Origin: Vicugna vicugna
Taxonomy: Eukaryota
Direction: 5' to 3'
DNA length: 64,000 nt
Assembly (NCBI GenBank): GCA_013265495.1
Contig: MU058781.1
Location: forward strand, 9,591,009-9,655,008
Part shown: piece by piece, positions 38,986-51,600 of the stretch
Layout: each line of letters begins with the position of its first letter
How positions within the stretch are numbered: position 1 is the stretch's first letter
Translations under genes and position numbers: made by a program
Notes under the pieces: generated by a model
What the model was told of the DNA's origin: nothing
Database searches by the model: none
What the model saw: only the letters and a program-made list of their open reading frames with translations

Positions 38986-39879
38986 GAACATAGTATATGT
39001 GGAATTTGAGAAAATCCATTCTTTCCTTGTCATTTATTTAGGTGGCAAATTCTTCTTTTCCTTTTATCTAATATCAAAATCTTTGGCCACAAACAAAGAT
39101 CATTTAAATAATAGATTTGGGGGCACAAATAAGCTATTTAAAAGTTAATAAAAAGGCTATTACACAAATCTTTTTGAAGTTTATGTCCAATTTTTAAAAA
39201 TATGTTGCTCAGTTATAAAGGGGAGAGAGAACATAAAAGCTGGTTTTTATTGGATAACTTACATGCACTGTATCATATATTTTGGTGTTATCTAATTTTG
39301 CAGAAATACTTGGGAAGATCTACAGTTCAGTGTTCTCAGATACTACTCACCATCTGTTCTCAAAGTGAAAAATGAGCATCATATTATGCCTTTATTTCCT
39401 TTTGTCTTCTAAGTCCAAACTCAGGGGAAAGAAGTCACTGTTTATTCTGTTCACAACTAACTTCATATGACCATTTCATGTTCCTTGGTCTGCTTTCTTT
39501 GTATAGTTTTACGGTAACTACCCTTTCCTGGCTCCGTCACACACTTACTACAACAGATATCCTTGGTTTAAGGAAACAGGGAACTTATTCATCAGGAATG
39601 TTTGATTGGGTTCTTCCAGAAACAGAAAATTGTTGTATTTGTTTGTTTGTTTATTAGTTTTAGTTTTTTGGGTTTTTGTTTGTTTTTTCTCACCGACCTG
39701 ATCCAAAGTGGAAAGGAGAGAGGAACAAGAGAATCTTGGAAACCTGATGTAAATCACAGCAAGTCCACAGGTTTAGATAGAAACTGGGAGGAATAAAAAT
39801 ATAAAGACTGCCTGAATCATCTGTATATTAGATGCTCTTCTAGACATAATTTAAGTTTTATCAAAGCATTAGCTATGGT

Positions 39880-39970
39880 GAAGGTTGTGACAATGACTAA
39901 TGTCATTGGACAAATAAGGAAACAGGCTCTGAGAGGCAAGTAACCTGGCCCAAAACATTTTGTTACTAAG
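39880..39970 (-). mobile_element. MIR core fragment
   Basis: aaggaaacaggctctgagaggcaagtaacctggcccaa. Confidence 0.7.
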
Positions 39971-40289
39971 CATTGTAGGGTTTTCCTTCTTTATTCTCTT
40001 GTGTGTGGCTCAGAAAGATTTTTTTTTGTGTGTAATCATATGGATTGTAGTGCAGCCAGTACTATAACTGTATTTCCTTTTAAAACCTTCCATGGTTTCA
40101 TACCCTATAGGAACATAATTTTATAGAATCAGGTTTTTATACTGTCAACTCTGCCTTAGGCTCAAAATGGCAGAGACATTATGGCAGAGGTTTGCTGAGG
40201 TGGGGCATTTTCTTGTCTTCTGGAAATGTTCTAGGACAGCAATCATTTAAACGACAGGAACATTTGAAGATTACCATGCAGCAGTAGCT

Positions 40290-40500
40290 CTGCTATTTAG
40301 GCTGTTTAACGCGTGCCGCGTGTGTGTCTGTTGGCCTCATCTCTGTTGACTCCACTGCTCTGCATCACGCTCCTGGCCAGTAGGCACCATTATTTTTTCC
40401 TTTCACAGGTGAAGAGGCTGAGGCTCAATAGGATTTCTAACTTGTCAGGGTCCCACAGCCAACGTGCACTCAAATCCAAGCCTTCTTGCCCCATAGCAAC
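40290..40500 (-). mobile_element. MIR SINE
   Basis: tttcacaggtgaagaggctgaggctcaa...taacttgtcagggtcccacagc. Confidence 0.8.
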
Positions 40501-40647
40501 CCTACAGTGGAATCTTTAGCCTGGTGCGTTAGTGGCTGTGGCTCTCTAGGAGCTTTGCCTTGGCCTCACTTGACTTCGGAAATGATTTCATGTGTGTGTA
40601 TTTCCAAGACTATCCTTTTTTTTTTTTTTTTTTGGTAAATATATACT

Positions 40648-41443
40648 CTTTTTAAAATTTTATTTTATTGAGTTACAGTCAGTTTACAATGCTGTGTCAA
40701 TTTCCAGTGTAGAGCACAATTTTTCAGTCATACATGCACATACACATACTCATTATCACATTCTTTTTCACCATGAGCTACCACAAGATCTTAAATGTAT
40801 TTCCCTGTGCTATACAGTATAAACTTGTTTATCTATTCTGCATATGCCTGTCGGTATCTACAAATTTCAAACTCCCAATCTGTCCCTTCCAACCCTCCTC
40901 CACCTGGCAACCACAAGTTTGTATTCTATGTCTATGAGTCTGTTTCTGTTTCATAGTTAAGTTCATTTGTCTTCTTCATTTTTTTGTTTTTGTTTTTTTA
41001 GATTCCACATATGAGTGATCTCATATGGTATTTTTCTTTCTCTTTCTGGCTTACTTCACTTAGAATGACATTCTCCAGGGACATCCGTGTTGCTGCAAAT
41101 GGCATTATATTATCATTTTTATGGCTGAATAGTATTCCATTGTATAAATATACCACATCTTCTTTATCCAGCCATCTGTTGATGGACATTTAGGCTGTTT
41201 CCATGTCTTGACTGTTGTAAATAGTGCTGCTATGAACAGTGGGCTGCAGGTGTCTTTTTGAAGTAGGGTTCCTTCTGGATATATGCCCAGGAGTGGGATT
41301 CCTGGGTCATATGCTAAGTCTATTCCTAGTCTTTTGAGGAATCTCCATACTGTTTTCCACAGTGGCTGCACCAAACTGCATTCCCACCAGCAATGTAGCA
41401 GGGTTCCCTTTTCTCTGCAGCCTCTCCAGCACTTATCATTTGT
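40648..41443 (-). mobile_element. Young 5'-truncated L1 (camelid-like), about 0.8 kb
   Basis: ORFs 41105..41374(-) [13 protein letters not shown]...[12 protein letters not shown]...KTWKQPKCPS...WIKKMWYIYTMEYYSAIK and 40998..41189(-) LENVILSEVSQKEKEKYHM. 3' UTR is very similar to 29558-30110. Confidence 0.95.
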
Positions 41444-42021
41444 TACCCTATTTTTTCATTAATTATAAGTAGTGTACACTTTTTAGGATAGTAGTTGTAA
41501 TGTACCCCCAAGCCATAGTTAGAGGATGGAGGAGGAGTAAGTCGTTGGGAATGATTGGGAAAAGCTCTCTGGGAGCCTTTCCAGGGTGGTAGCTGGGCCT
41601 TAGGACTCTGAATGCTTGCAGAGAGTGGGAGATTTTGTGCTTTCACACTTAAGTGTCCCTGTGTTATTTTGGTGTTCAGTCTGAACCACTCAGCGATGGA
41701 AAAACAAATCGTGGGTAAAGATGAAAGGATAGGACTGAAGGAAATCCCACATAGGTTTTGAAAGACTAGAATTTCTCAGGTATAATTTATAATGCCTACT
41801 GTTCTTGTGATATTTTACATGAGATGCTTATCTTTTTTCTGTTTGGGAGTATATTTCCCTTTGTATTGAAGAGTATCGAATCCTTTCAGTATAATGATTG
41901 GAGCGGCAGAAATAGGGGAACTAGGTTCTTTTCCTCCTAGCCTTTTTTCTTTTAGTCTTTGGGGTGACTAAAGACTTTAGTCTTTTCTTTAGTCTTTCCA
42001 TGTTTCTTGAGTCGCTGGCAT

Positions 42022-42360
42022 AGTTATTCAGCAGATGTTTGTTGAACACTTGCTGTATTCCAGACTCACTACTAGACTCTGGGGATAAAAGATCAATAAA
42101 ATGCTGAATCTGTCCTCAAGACATTTGAACTCTGGTGGGAGAAAATGTCCTGAGCCCAGCTAATCAGGGCTGATGAGGAAGTCGGGTGTAAGCACAAAGA
42201 AAAGTTCTGTTAAGGGTACAGAGGAGGGAGGAGGCCACTCCTTCTGCGGTTTTCAGCAGACGTTTGAGCTCAGTCTATGCAGAGTGTTTGGCTGGGTAGG
42301 TGAAGGTTGGCAGGGAGGGTGTGGGAGGCTAGACTGCTCAGAAACCTGGAACAGTGGGAG
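42022..42360 (-). mobile_element. L2 3' end
   Basis: ttattcagcagatgtttgttgaacacttgct...ctggggata...ctgtcctcaag...tctggtggga. Confidence 0.8.
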
Positions 42361-45300
42361 GACCAGAATAATTGTCATCATCGCACAGCTAGGAAACTGA
42401 ACACTGATGAGCTGGGTTACCGGTGAAGGAAATGCCACCATCAGCACCCAGGGTTCAGGGATCTCCCTAGCCAGTCTTCATTCATTACTGCATAAAACGA
42501 TAAAATGGGGCTGCTGCTCCTCCTTCCCCTCTCCTCCCCCTCCCCCTTTGATAGATGTGAATTAGGTATAGGCATTTCCCACATTAGGCCAAGGAAGTAG
42601 GGGAAAAAAAACCAAGTTGCCTACTGTCGTACAATGGAATACAAGGTTTTCTGCCATTTGTTTCTATGTCATTTCATATTTCTTTTTCTCAGGAAATTCT
42701 GTTTTTCATTTCTACTGTTGGAATATCTCTTTGATCACTAAGTGCCTGTATTCCTGCTTCTCTTGGGTTTTTTGTGAGCCATCCTGGATAAGTGTGGCAT
42801 GTCAATGGGGAGACTTCCTTTGTTTAGAATGAGAGACTGGCTAATTTGGGGTTTTATACTGGGACAGCAAAATACTTGTATTTAAGTAACTCATAATTCC
42901 TGGGAAACTCATAAAACTGCCTGACATGATGTTAAATAGTTCGTGCCTATAAGAAGCTTTGCAGATGGCTAAGATAAGCATGAAGAATGTTTTATATGTT
43001 TTGACTTACTGTCTCTTCAACTACATTATATAAAATTCAGCAGATTTCTCTATGATCACTAGGGAAATGAGTGATTTTCCAGTCATAAATCCCAAATGCC
43101 ACAAACTACAGAGGACTGTCATTGACAGGTATCCATCAGTAGTTTATTTATATTCTCCAAGAGGACCCACAAAAATGTAGTGTCCACCATATTTATTCAG
43201 AAAAATATATTCTTAAAGAAATAAAATTACCCTGACACTGGCTGCTGTAGTTAAGCAACTTTAAACATTTCAGTTGCTCACTTGGCTTAGTAAACTAACT
43301 GGTGTCCCAACCATGGTTGTGTAAGACAGATGAATACATGCGTGTACACATACACACACTCGCATACCGTTGAATACACTGTTTACAATGTTCTGATACA
43401 GCAAAAGTAGAAGATGATTTGGAGGTATTATTATGACCAACGTCACATTTATTCCAGAAAATGTCACTTGGGGAGAAAATGCACTCTTGGCATGCAACAA
43501 AGCCCCACATTTTGTCATATAGTTCATTTTGTGATTTAAATTTTTATGGTTTATTCAATAAATCTAATACATAAGGTAGTGTTGGATAATAAGTAAATTT
43601 AGTTTTATGAGTTAAAAAGTACATGACTGATCTACTGAGCTACCAGTTTACAGAATGAACCCCTGAATTGTAGACATGGATAGGGTTTTGGAGGAGCCTC
43701 TCCTCCTCCTGGTCTTCTAGCTCCATCCATGTATCCTTTCTTCTCACCCTAATTTCCTTTGATCAAAGGAAAGCACTTTGAGGAAAGAAATCTTTAGGCA
43801 TTTTAATGTAATGACATTTAGGATGACAGTTGGGTTCAATGTAACATCACTGGCTGATTTAGTAACATCTTGGGTTCTGCCCAGACTGGAAAGTACTTTG
43901 GGTGTCCATTGTCCATTGCTGAATACTACTGTTGTCCTCATGCTTTCCTTCTGGGATTGAGCTGGACAGGAGTTTGGTTTTTAAATACGTTCTAGTGGGT
44001 GTAAGCACGTTGTCTAGTAAGGATTTCCTTAACCTGGTTACAGTAGAAATGGTCCCGTCCCCTGCCCCTACATTTTCTCCTTGAAACCAGAGATAAATGA
44101 CGTGCTGTGACCTCCGTCACCTTGATAATTCTGTCAACAGTGGTTTACAAAAGCAGCTTTGGGGTTAGACCCTGGGAGAGGCCAGGATGGAAACAAAAGT
44201 GGATCCATGTTTTTCTTAAGTTATGCATGGACAGTTTCATAAATTGAGTTACCAAATTACGTTCTGTGTTCTCTTCACATAAGAGGGAACATTTTGCCAA
44301 AGAAATCTGTTCAAATAAAATTTCCTTTGGAGTATTTTTCTTCTACTCTGAGGACACATGCCTTTTCCCAGTCCATTTTCCCTGCTCCCAGTACTTTGTG
44401 TATGGTGAGGAGTCAGGGAATGAATCCCTCTGGCCTTGCGTCCCTGCCTTGCTGAGTGGAAGTCTGCACCCGCACGATAGCTAGTGGATGGTCTGTGCTG
44501 GGAAGTCCTGGGCTCGACTTCTAAAGCGACTTCCCCATCCTGACAGGGCAGAAAGTGTTCTCCTCGGGCTGGGAAGTCACAGCTCTATCCCCATTCAAGA
44601 TGACACCTCCCTTGTGCTTCTTCCCTTCGCAGGAGTTGAGTCCACATGTGGCTGCCAAGAGGAGTCCAGAAAAGCCCAAGAGCCCACACATGTCAGACCT
44701 GCCCACAGCCACACACAGACCCCGAGGATGTGAGCGAGGATCAGTGGGGAGAAGAGAGCCGACCAGGTGAGCATCAATTTGAGGGCTGAAGCAGCAGGAA
44801 TTCTCCTGGGCAGTTCTGTTTATTTGGCAAGATGGGAATATGACCTGAGCTTTCACTAATTACCTCACAGTGAGTTGGTTTTTTTTACCAGGCGTTATAA
44901 ATGTTAAGATGACTCCGCTGAGCTCTTGGGCTGACTACAGATGAAAACATCACAGACGACTCATTTGTTTCTAGGTGTGACTGAGGAAGTGTTTCTCTTC
45001 TTGCAGGAGAAGGTTAAATCCCAACTTTTTGTCTCCCTTGAGAGCAGGTTCTTTTGTGCAGAGCCAGTATGAGAGCTTTAACACAGAGGCTTCTGGTTTT
45101 GGAAGGTATTGGTGTGGGTGTGTTTGTGCTTGTGGGTGGGGTGTGAGTGTGTGTGTGTGAGTTTGTGTATTTCCACAGGAGGTGGCCAAGGCTGTTTTTC
45201 CTCTGTAAATCTTTATCTTTTCTTTTTTTTTTGCTATGTTTGTGTCTGTATGTTTTGAAGCTACCTTCTAGGTGAATTGAGTTAGACTGTGCTATATTTT

Positions 45301-45499
45301 TTAAGCCTTGTATTAATGACATTCACTGGTTGGAGCCTTACACAAAATTTGATGCTGTAACAGGATTTTCCAGAGTTCCATTGTGATTCTAAATTAGTTT
45401 TAAATTTCTTCCCCTTGCTTTCCTTTGCAGTTACGTTAAATGTTACTATTACGTGGAGGGAAGGTTTTTTAATAATAGCAGGATGCATATAGAAACACC

Positions 45500-45696
45500 T
45501 CCTGTTCTCCTACTTCTAAAAACTGTGTACAGTATGGACTGAATAATTCTGTATTGTCGGGGTTTTTTTCTTGTGTATTGTGAAATTTAGTGGCACCCCG
45601 GATTCTACCCACTAGTTGCTGATAACATTTCATACCCCTGTATGCAGCCAAAAAAGCACCATGGAGAACACTATTGCTCCCAGTTGAGAACTGCTG
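45500..45696 (-). mobile_element. MER20-like hAT-Charlie MITE
   Basis: ataattct...tgtgtattgt...tctacccactag...cagttgagaactgctg followed by a ctctaggg target-like site. Confidence 0.75.
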
Positions 45697-47226
45697 CTCT
45701 AGGGATAACTTTAACTATAGAAAAGAAGGAAAAGAAATTAGTGAAGATGTAGAATATGGAGTTACTGTTTTTGCTTTTAAAATACGTTACCTGTGTGGTT
45801 CCAAAGAAAGTACCTCTTTAGCAGTTGAAGTCTGCCGTTAAAATTCCTACTTCTCCACCAATTATCTATCCATTGTTGACTGAAATTTGGTTTAGATGGA
45901 TACAACAACTGCAGATCACTTAGAACACGTGTTGATTTTGATGCTCATGATCAACTGAAGAACTTCCAGGTGGTTATATATCCTGGAGTCTTTTCTTTGA
46001 AGGGGCACCCTGATCCCTCGTGTTTTTATAAAAGTGCCGGCTTACTTGTTGGTGAACAAGATTCCAAAGAGGCGCACTGTAAACTTGAACTGAATGTGTG
46101 AATTGAATGAAGAAACACACCCACTCCACATCTGACTTCAGTTTTGCGAATGGGAGGTCAGATACACGATTTAGACACGTTTCACCGAATTCACCGTCTT
46201 TTACTTACACTGAAATTGTCCTGAATATTACATTCTTTCTGTATAAGACTGTGATTCATTTTCTCTGTACTCAATCTCCTTCCACATTTACTTCCACCTC
46301 TGTGCTAGAATGTTTGAGCTGCCAGACAAGGAGGATCATATCCCTACTGTGATTTAACCTTATATGTCCTGCTGTCTTTATTTCAAAAAAATGTTTTTCC
46401 TCTTTATTCTCCCTTCCCGTGAAAATACATGTTTGGCAGGCACGTTCTTGCTTTTCCTTTCTTCTCTTATTTTCCATCCCTCTTGCCCTTGTTTTCTTCC
46501 CTTTTCTCTGAGTATGGAAACTGTCAGGTAGCCTGGCTGGCATCATCCTACCTTTTTTTGGGGGGGGAACTGTGTTACCCAGAGACTCCATTTATTATGT
46601 CTCGGGCCCTCTCTCTCTTTAATTCTGTCTCTCTCCGCGGGATAGTTAATGATCTTCGCAGCAAATGAAGGTGAACTCTAGCCACATTATTGCTATAATA
46701 CAGCCAACTGTATGGAACAGATTGTGCTGCGCTTTGAACAGCTGGGGCTGGCAGAGTGAGTCTTGACTCCTCTCGGAAGAATTCCAGAACTGCCAAATCA
46801 TCAAACTGGAAGGGGAGAGAGGGACAAGAAAGGTTATGGGGAGAGCGGTTCCTGCCGATACTTTTTGCCTTTGTGATCTGCCTTTCTGAAATTTCCCCTG
46901 GTCTGTGGCTCTGGGAAAGCACAGACTAATAGAACCCAGAGGCTGCCGTCACCGCTCTTGGAGTTGCCTGCTTAGTGGCTGGGGTGGGATCTGACTGTCC
47001 TTTTGCAGGTACTGACCATGGGAGAAGATGGATGCTTCTGTTGTTAAAGCTCGTGCCTTTAAAGTTCGTGCCTCTCTTCAGTTCACTGAAACCATTGGTG
47101 GTTTTAAGGAGGGTTTTGATTTGCAAAGTGTACGGAACTCTAATGTAAGCTAATAAGGGGCTTCCGGACTTGGACTGTAGTGTGGCTCCTGATGGACAGA
47201 GGCTATGGGCACCGGGCGGGCTAGGC

Positions 47227-47303
47227 AGGTGCTCCAAACTGGTGGACCATAGAGCTGAGCCAGCCCTCAGACGCGTTGTGTGCCCTGCAAGGAAGAGAGA
47301 GAG

Positions 47304-47334
<31 letters not shown>

Positions 47335-47545
47335 TTAAAGAACTAGCTACTAGTATTTTTTTAATTACATAAAAATCTGGTTAATCTTGACAAAAAAGCC
47401 AAAAGATCTGGCTTCTGCGGAACGGTAGTCTCCCATGGTAAATGTCCGTTGAGGATAAGTACTAGCTATGCTGTACCTGCCTTGAGTAGACAGGGCAGGG
47501 GCTTGGCAGCTCCTTAGCGTCCCACCTCCCACCCTCACGCTTGCT
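47227..47545. mobile_element. hAT-Charlie MITE remnant (MER102-like) containing a microsatellite
   Basis: caggtgctccaaactggtggacca...cagacgcgttgtg...acataaaaatctgg...aagatctggc...cccatggtaa. Confidence 0.6.
47294..47334. repeat. Compound (GA)n(GT)n microsatellite
   Basis: Direct reading. Confidence 0.95.
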
Positions 47546-47589
47546 CCCTGATGGGCCTCCGCAGGAGAAGTCAGGAGAGAATAGATAGA

Positions 47590-47810
47590 GATTTGGGATG
47601 GGGAAGAATTGGGTTTGACATTGAGCTTCACCACCTGTTTTGTCTGTTTGGGCAAGTTACTTAGTTTCTACATCTTGGTTTCCTCATGTGTAAAGTGGAA
47701 GGAGGATTCTTCACCTCAAGGATTGCTGGAAAGAACATTAGTGAGATAGGATACTCGACATCCTTAAAAAAGAGCTATGTATGTGCCTAACACGTGCTAC
47801 ACACATGAGC
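47590..47810 (+). mobile_element. MIR SINE
   Basis: ttgggcaagttactta...ggtttcctcatgtgtaaagtgg...acctcaaggattgctg. Confidence 0.85.
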
Positions 47811-50519
47811 CGTCACTGTAATTTTTGGTTGCTATGTTTCTTAGGTGAATTGATAGCAATTCTTTGGAGTCACATTGATGATGCTATTACTTCTATTATT
47901 AATAACAATAATAGTACTACAGTAATATATAATATTATAATAATGCTATTACTATTCTATTAATGCTTCTATTAGTAAAATGGGAGGACTTGTGTCTGGG
48001 ATTCCCATATTTCTATTTTTGTATTGCAATACAGAATTTACTGTCTTTAGGGAAACCATACTGTAGAAACTGAGTTCTTGGGGGTGGCATAATCTGAAGA
48101 GAGAAAAATCATATAATTTAATTCATATTAGGTAGACACTTGGTTTTCTTTTGACTGGATCATGACTTTGTGCTTTTGTTCTAAGCCCCTTAAGTTTCTG
48201 TCTCCCCATCCCCACTGCAGTTACATTCAAAATCAGGTTGGTGACAACCCTGAGGACTGAAGACACTCAGAATCGTCATGAAAGGAAAGATACAGAAATG
48301 AGAGCACTCCATCAATTAATACATTTTCTTAAAAGTGGGACTTGAATTTAGTCTTTGTTAGGCTTGGTAACCTATTGAAGACAGCCGTTTATCAGTACTT
48401 TGTGCTCATGGATTCTTTAAAAATTTCCAAGGATTTTTTTCATACATTATTGCACTCAGTTGGCATCTTTTCTGTCTAATCTGTGACCTTTGACATCTGT
48501 CCAAAGGTTCTAGCACACTTTTGGCAGCTACACTAGGTAGGGGTGTGAGGGCTTCCTGATTATTATATATGTAGTTAATTTTTTTCTGTTAATTTTTCTA
48601 CTTCCTGCAAGGATGGGTTTCCTTTAGATGTGGATATTTGACTTAAATGCATACTCTTCTCTCAAAGTGGTAAAGGATACCAGTGCAGTAATCTTACTGT
48701 ACTTGGTGAAGGTATCTGGAAAACTCTGCTGTGTTCCACTGGGAAGCTTCTTGGAGAAAGCAAGGTGACTAGAAAATGTCAAGGCAATTCTGGACCAGTG
48801 GGAGAAAATTGATGTAAAAGGTGAAAACTGATTTGTGACGAGCTCAGTTAGAGAGTTCAAAACCCAAACCATGTGGTGTGTGTAACCAGTTAGGTTTTCA
48901 AGGGTTGTATTAAATTCACCTTGGATGAGTGAATGTCACTATTAGGATAGATGGTCCCTGAACAGAAGGCATGAGTGGAGAAGACATTTTTAGAGCCCTA
49001 CTTTTAAAAACTTTATGAATGGGTGTACAGGTCTACCTCTGGACCTGGAAATGGGGCTCAAACCCAGATCTGGTTCCAGGTAATTACTCAGGATCCCGCC
49101 TCCGTCTGTTCAGGGAAGAGACACAGGGGAAGAGGGAAGGGAATGAAGAGAGAAAGAGGGAAGAATATGGCTGAAAATGGGAGGATTTAGATAATGAAGC
49201 TTCTCTGCACTTCATAAGCGTTCTGTCCAGATCACCAGAGGTATTGTGGCATGTAGAAATCTAAGGAAATAGGTTGATCCATGGGAACTTGTCAGTATTT
49301 CAATTGTATAGAAATGGCAGTTTTTCATAGTTCAACTAAGTATAGTTATTATATTTTTGCTAGAATTTCTACAGTTCTATCCCCCAGTTGGGTGTATGGA
49401 GTGGTTTCAGAAGCCAGAAATGTTTTGGCATCCAATTGGTGATTTTTTCTTTTGCATATATTTTGTTAGAATGTACAGGTATTTTCTGGTTAGATTTTTC
49501 TTACCAGTTTTTTCTAAAATTATAGTTATTGCTTCAAATGTCATAGTAGAAGAGACGAAGAATAGCATGGTGTCAGGGGTGACCAAAGCCTGTGGAATCT
49601 TACCAGATTGTTCACCTGGGGACGTGTAGGGGTTTGGTTGTGGGGCACCAAAGATCCAAAGTTGGGTTTTTCACTTAGCTGATTTTATGTTTGTTTTGTT
49701 TTGAAAATAAGAGATGAGTGTGAAAGATGAAAAGCTATCTACATGGACTTGATTTATTACCTCGTGTCCATGCTGGGGGAGGTTGAACCTTGTTCAAAGT
49801 TGTGAAATTTGTTCAAGAAGGTGTCTTTTCCCTCTATTTTTGTGGTTCAGAATGATTCCATGAAAACTGTTACACTTCGGGCCAGAAACAAATTCACTTA
49901 GTCAAGAAATATTAAGTCTCTCAGAAGGCCTGGAGGTGATGAAGTCGATGGTCCTCAGGTGGTGGTGGTGGTCGCGGTGGTGAGTGGGTGTGTGTGTATC
50001 TGTATGATTCCTGGGGGTGGGTGGTTTTTCAATGAAAGAAACAGATGCTTCCTTTGCTTGCTTGTTTCCTGGTTTTCAAAGCCTCTTTGTTGTTTTATTT
50101 TAAGTCTGGGTGCCTTTTCAGTCCGTCAGTGAGGGTGTGGTGATCCCAGGGGCATGTTGTTCCTTGTGTAATAGCAAGTGGAAGTGCAAAGCACCACAAG
50201 CTGATTTGAGCCGAGCCCACTTCCCTTCACCCACAGAGACCGTGAAGCAGTTACACCAACATCAATCAAGGAAAACCCAAAGGCTGCACTCACACCGTTG
50301 AAGCAGGTGTGTGAGTGAGCATCCCCAGCAGACACACGTGATTGAGGTGTGCCTCGGCGTCTTGCCCACAGATGTCAGTTACGATGAGTACGTGGCGCTG
50401 TCCCTACTCTTTGCAGAGCCAAGACAAGCCTGTCCTACTTGGAGGACAGAGGAAGTATAGCTCTTGGCATCTCAGTAGCTGGTGTACTGAGACTAAGGGG
50501 AAGAGTCCAAGGTGTAGTA

Positions 50520-50652
50520 TCTGTGTGTGTCTGTGTACATACATGGGTGTATACCAAGTATATGTATATGGATGCATGCATACACATATATATGTAGGTC
50601 TGTGTGTACGCACACATGTGTACACACACGTCCCTGTGTGCATGCACACACG
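50520..50652. repeat. Low-complexity alternating purine-pyrimidine tract
   Basis: Mixed TG/CA/TA dinucleotides. Confidence 0.85.
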
Positions 50653-51019
50653 CCATTTGGAGCAAAACTCAGATGGGCCATGAGATAAAGAGAGAATATG
50701 AACACTTAGCATATTCGTCAGTATCTGATGAGAAGGGAAGGTCATACTTTAAAAAAGAGACATTGTCACCCTAAGTTTCACCATTCTGATCTGTATTGAA
50801 CTTTAGGAAATTTCTACGGAAGTGTTGGATGATTCTTTGAAAAAAAAAAAAGAAAAAAGGAAACATTTAACCCCAGGACTTCAATATATATTGTACCTTT
50901 TAAATAGTATTAGGTGCCCAAAGCTTCTTGTACTTCTTATTGAGTTGCTTCGAAATACTATGCGTATTATTTATATTCAAATATGTGAACAACCAGCCTT
51001 TCTCTAAGCCATGTAAAGC

Positions 51020-51600
51020 AAAACACATTTTTTTAAACTATCAAGACTGGCTAAGTTTGAGAATAATCATAAAATCCAGTGTCACTTAGGTATGGGAAAA
51101 ACACACTATTTGGGGGAAAATGTGTATATGGTATCTGGAGGTTATTTTGTAGTATATAAGATCAGAGGTCACAAAATGTGTTTATTCTTGCTCCTGGCAG
51201 CATGGCTTCCAGGCAGATTTGTCTCAAAACTATGATGGAACATGTGTAGAAAGATTGGACTTCAAGAAGGTTTTATCACAAACTTTTTTTTGATGTATTT
51301 TGTTACTAGTATCTAAACATATTAGGGTGTTCAAATAAGTTATAGTAGAAATAAACAATAAAATACCAAATGAAGCATTCAAATAATGCTATAGATTTTT
51401 CTGTGATTTTATTTAAAAAACAAAACAAAAACAAAAACCCCAGCCTGCTCTGCAGGCATACATGAGCAGGTCTGCACTGAAATGATTTAGGAGGTTATAT
51501 ATGAATCTAAAAGTTATTTAATTATTCTCAAATCACCTAGAGATAATGCCTTTATTTTGCTTATCTGTTTGCTAATATTCATATGTATTACCTACGTATT
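51020..51600 (+). mobile_element. Highly degraded L1ME 3' region
   Basis: ctatcaagactggcta...atccagtgt...ggtatgggaaaa...aaaatgtgtttattcttg resemble the L1 ORF2 3' end. Confidence 0.55.
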
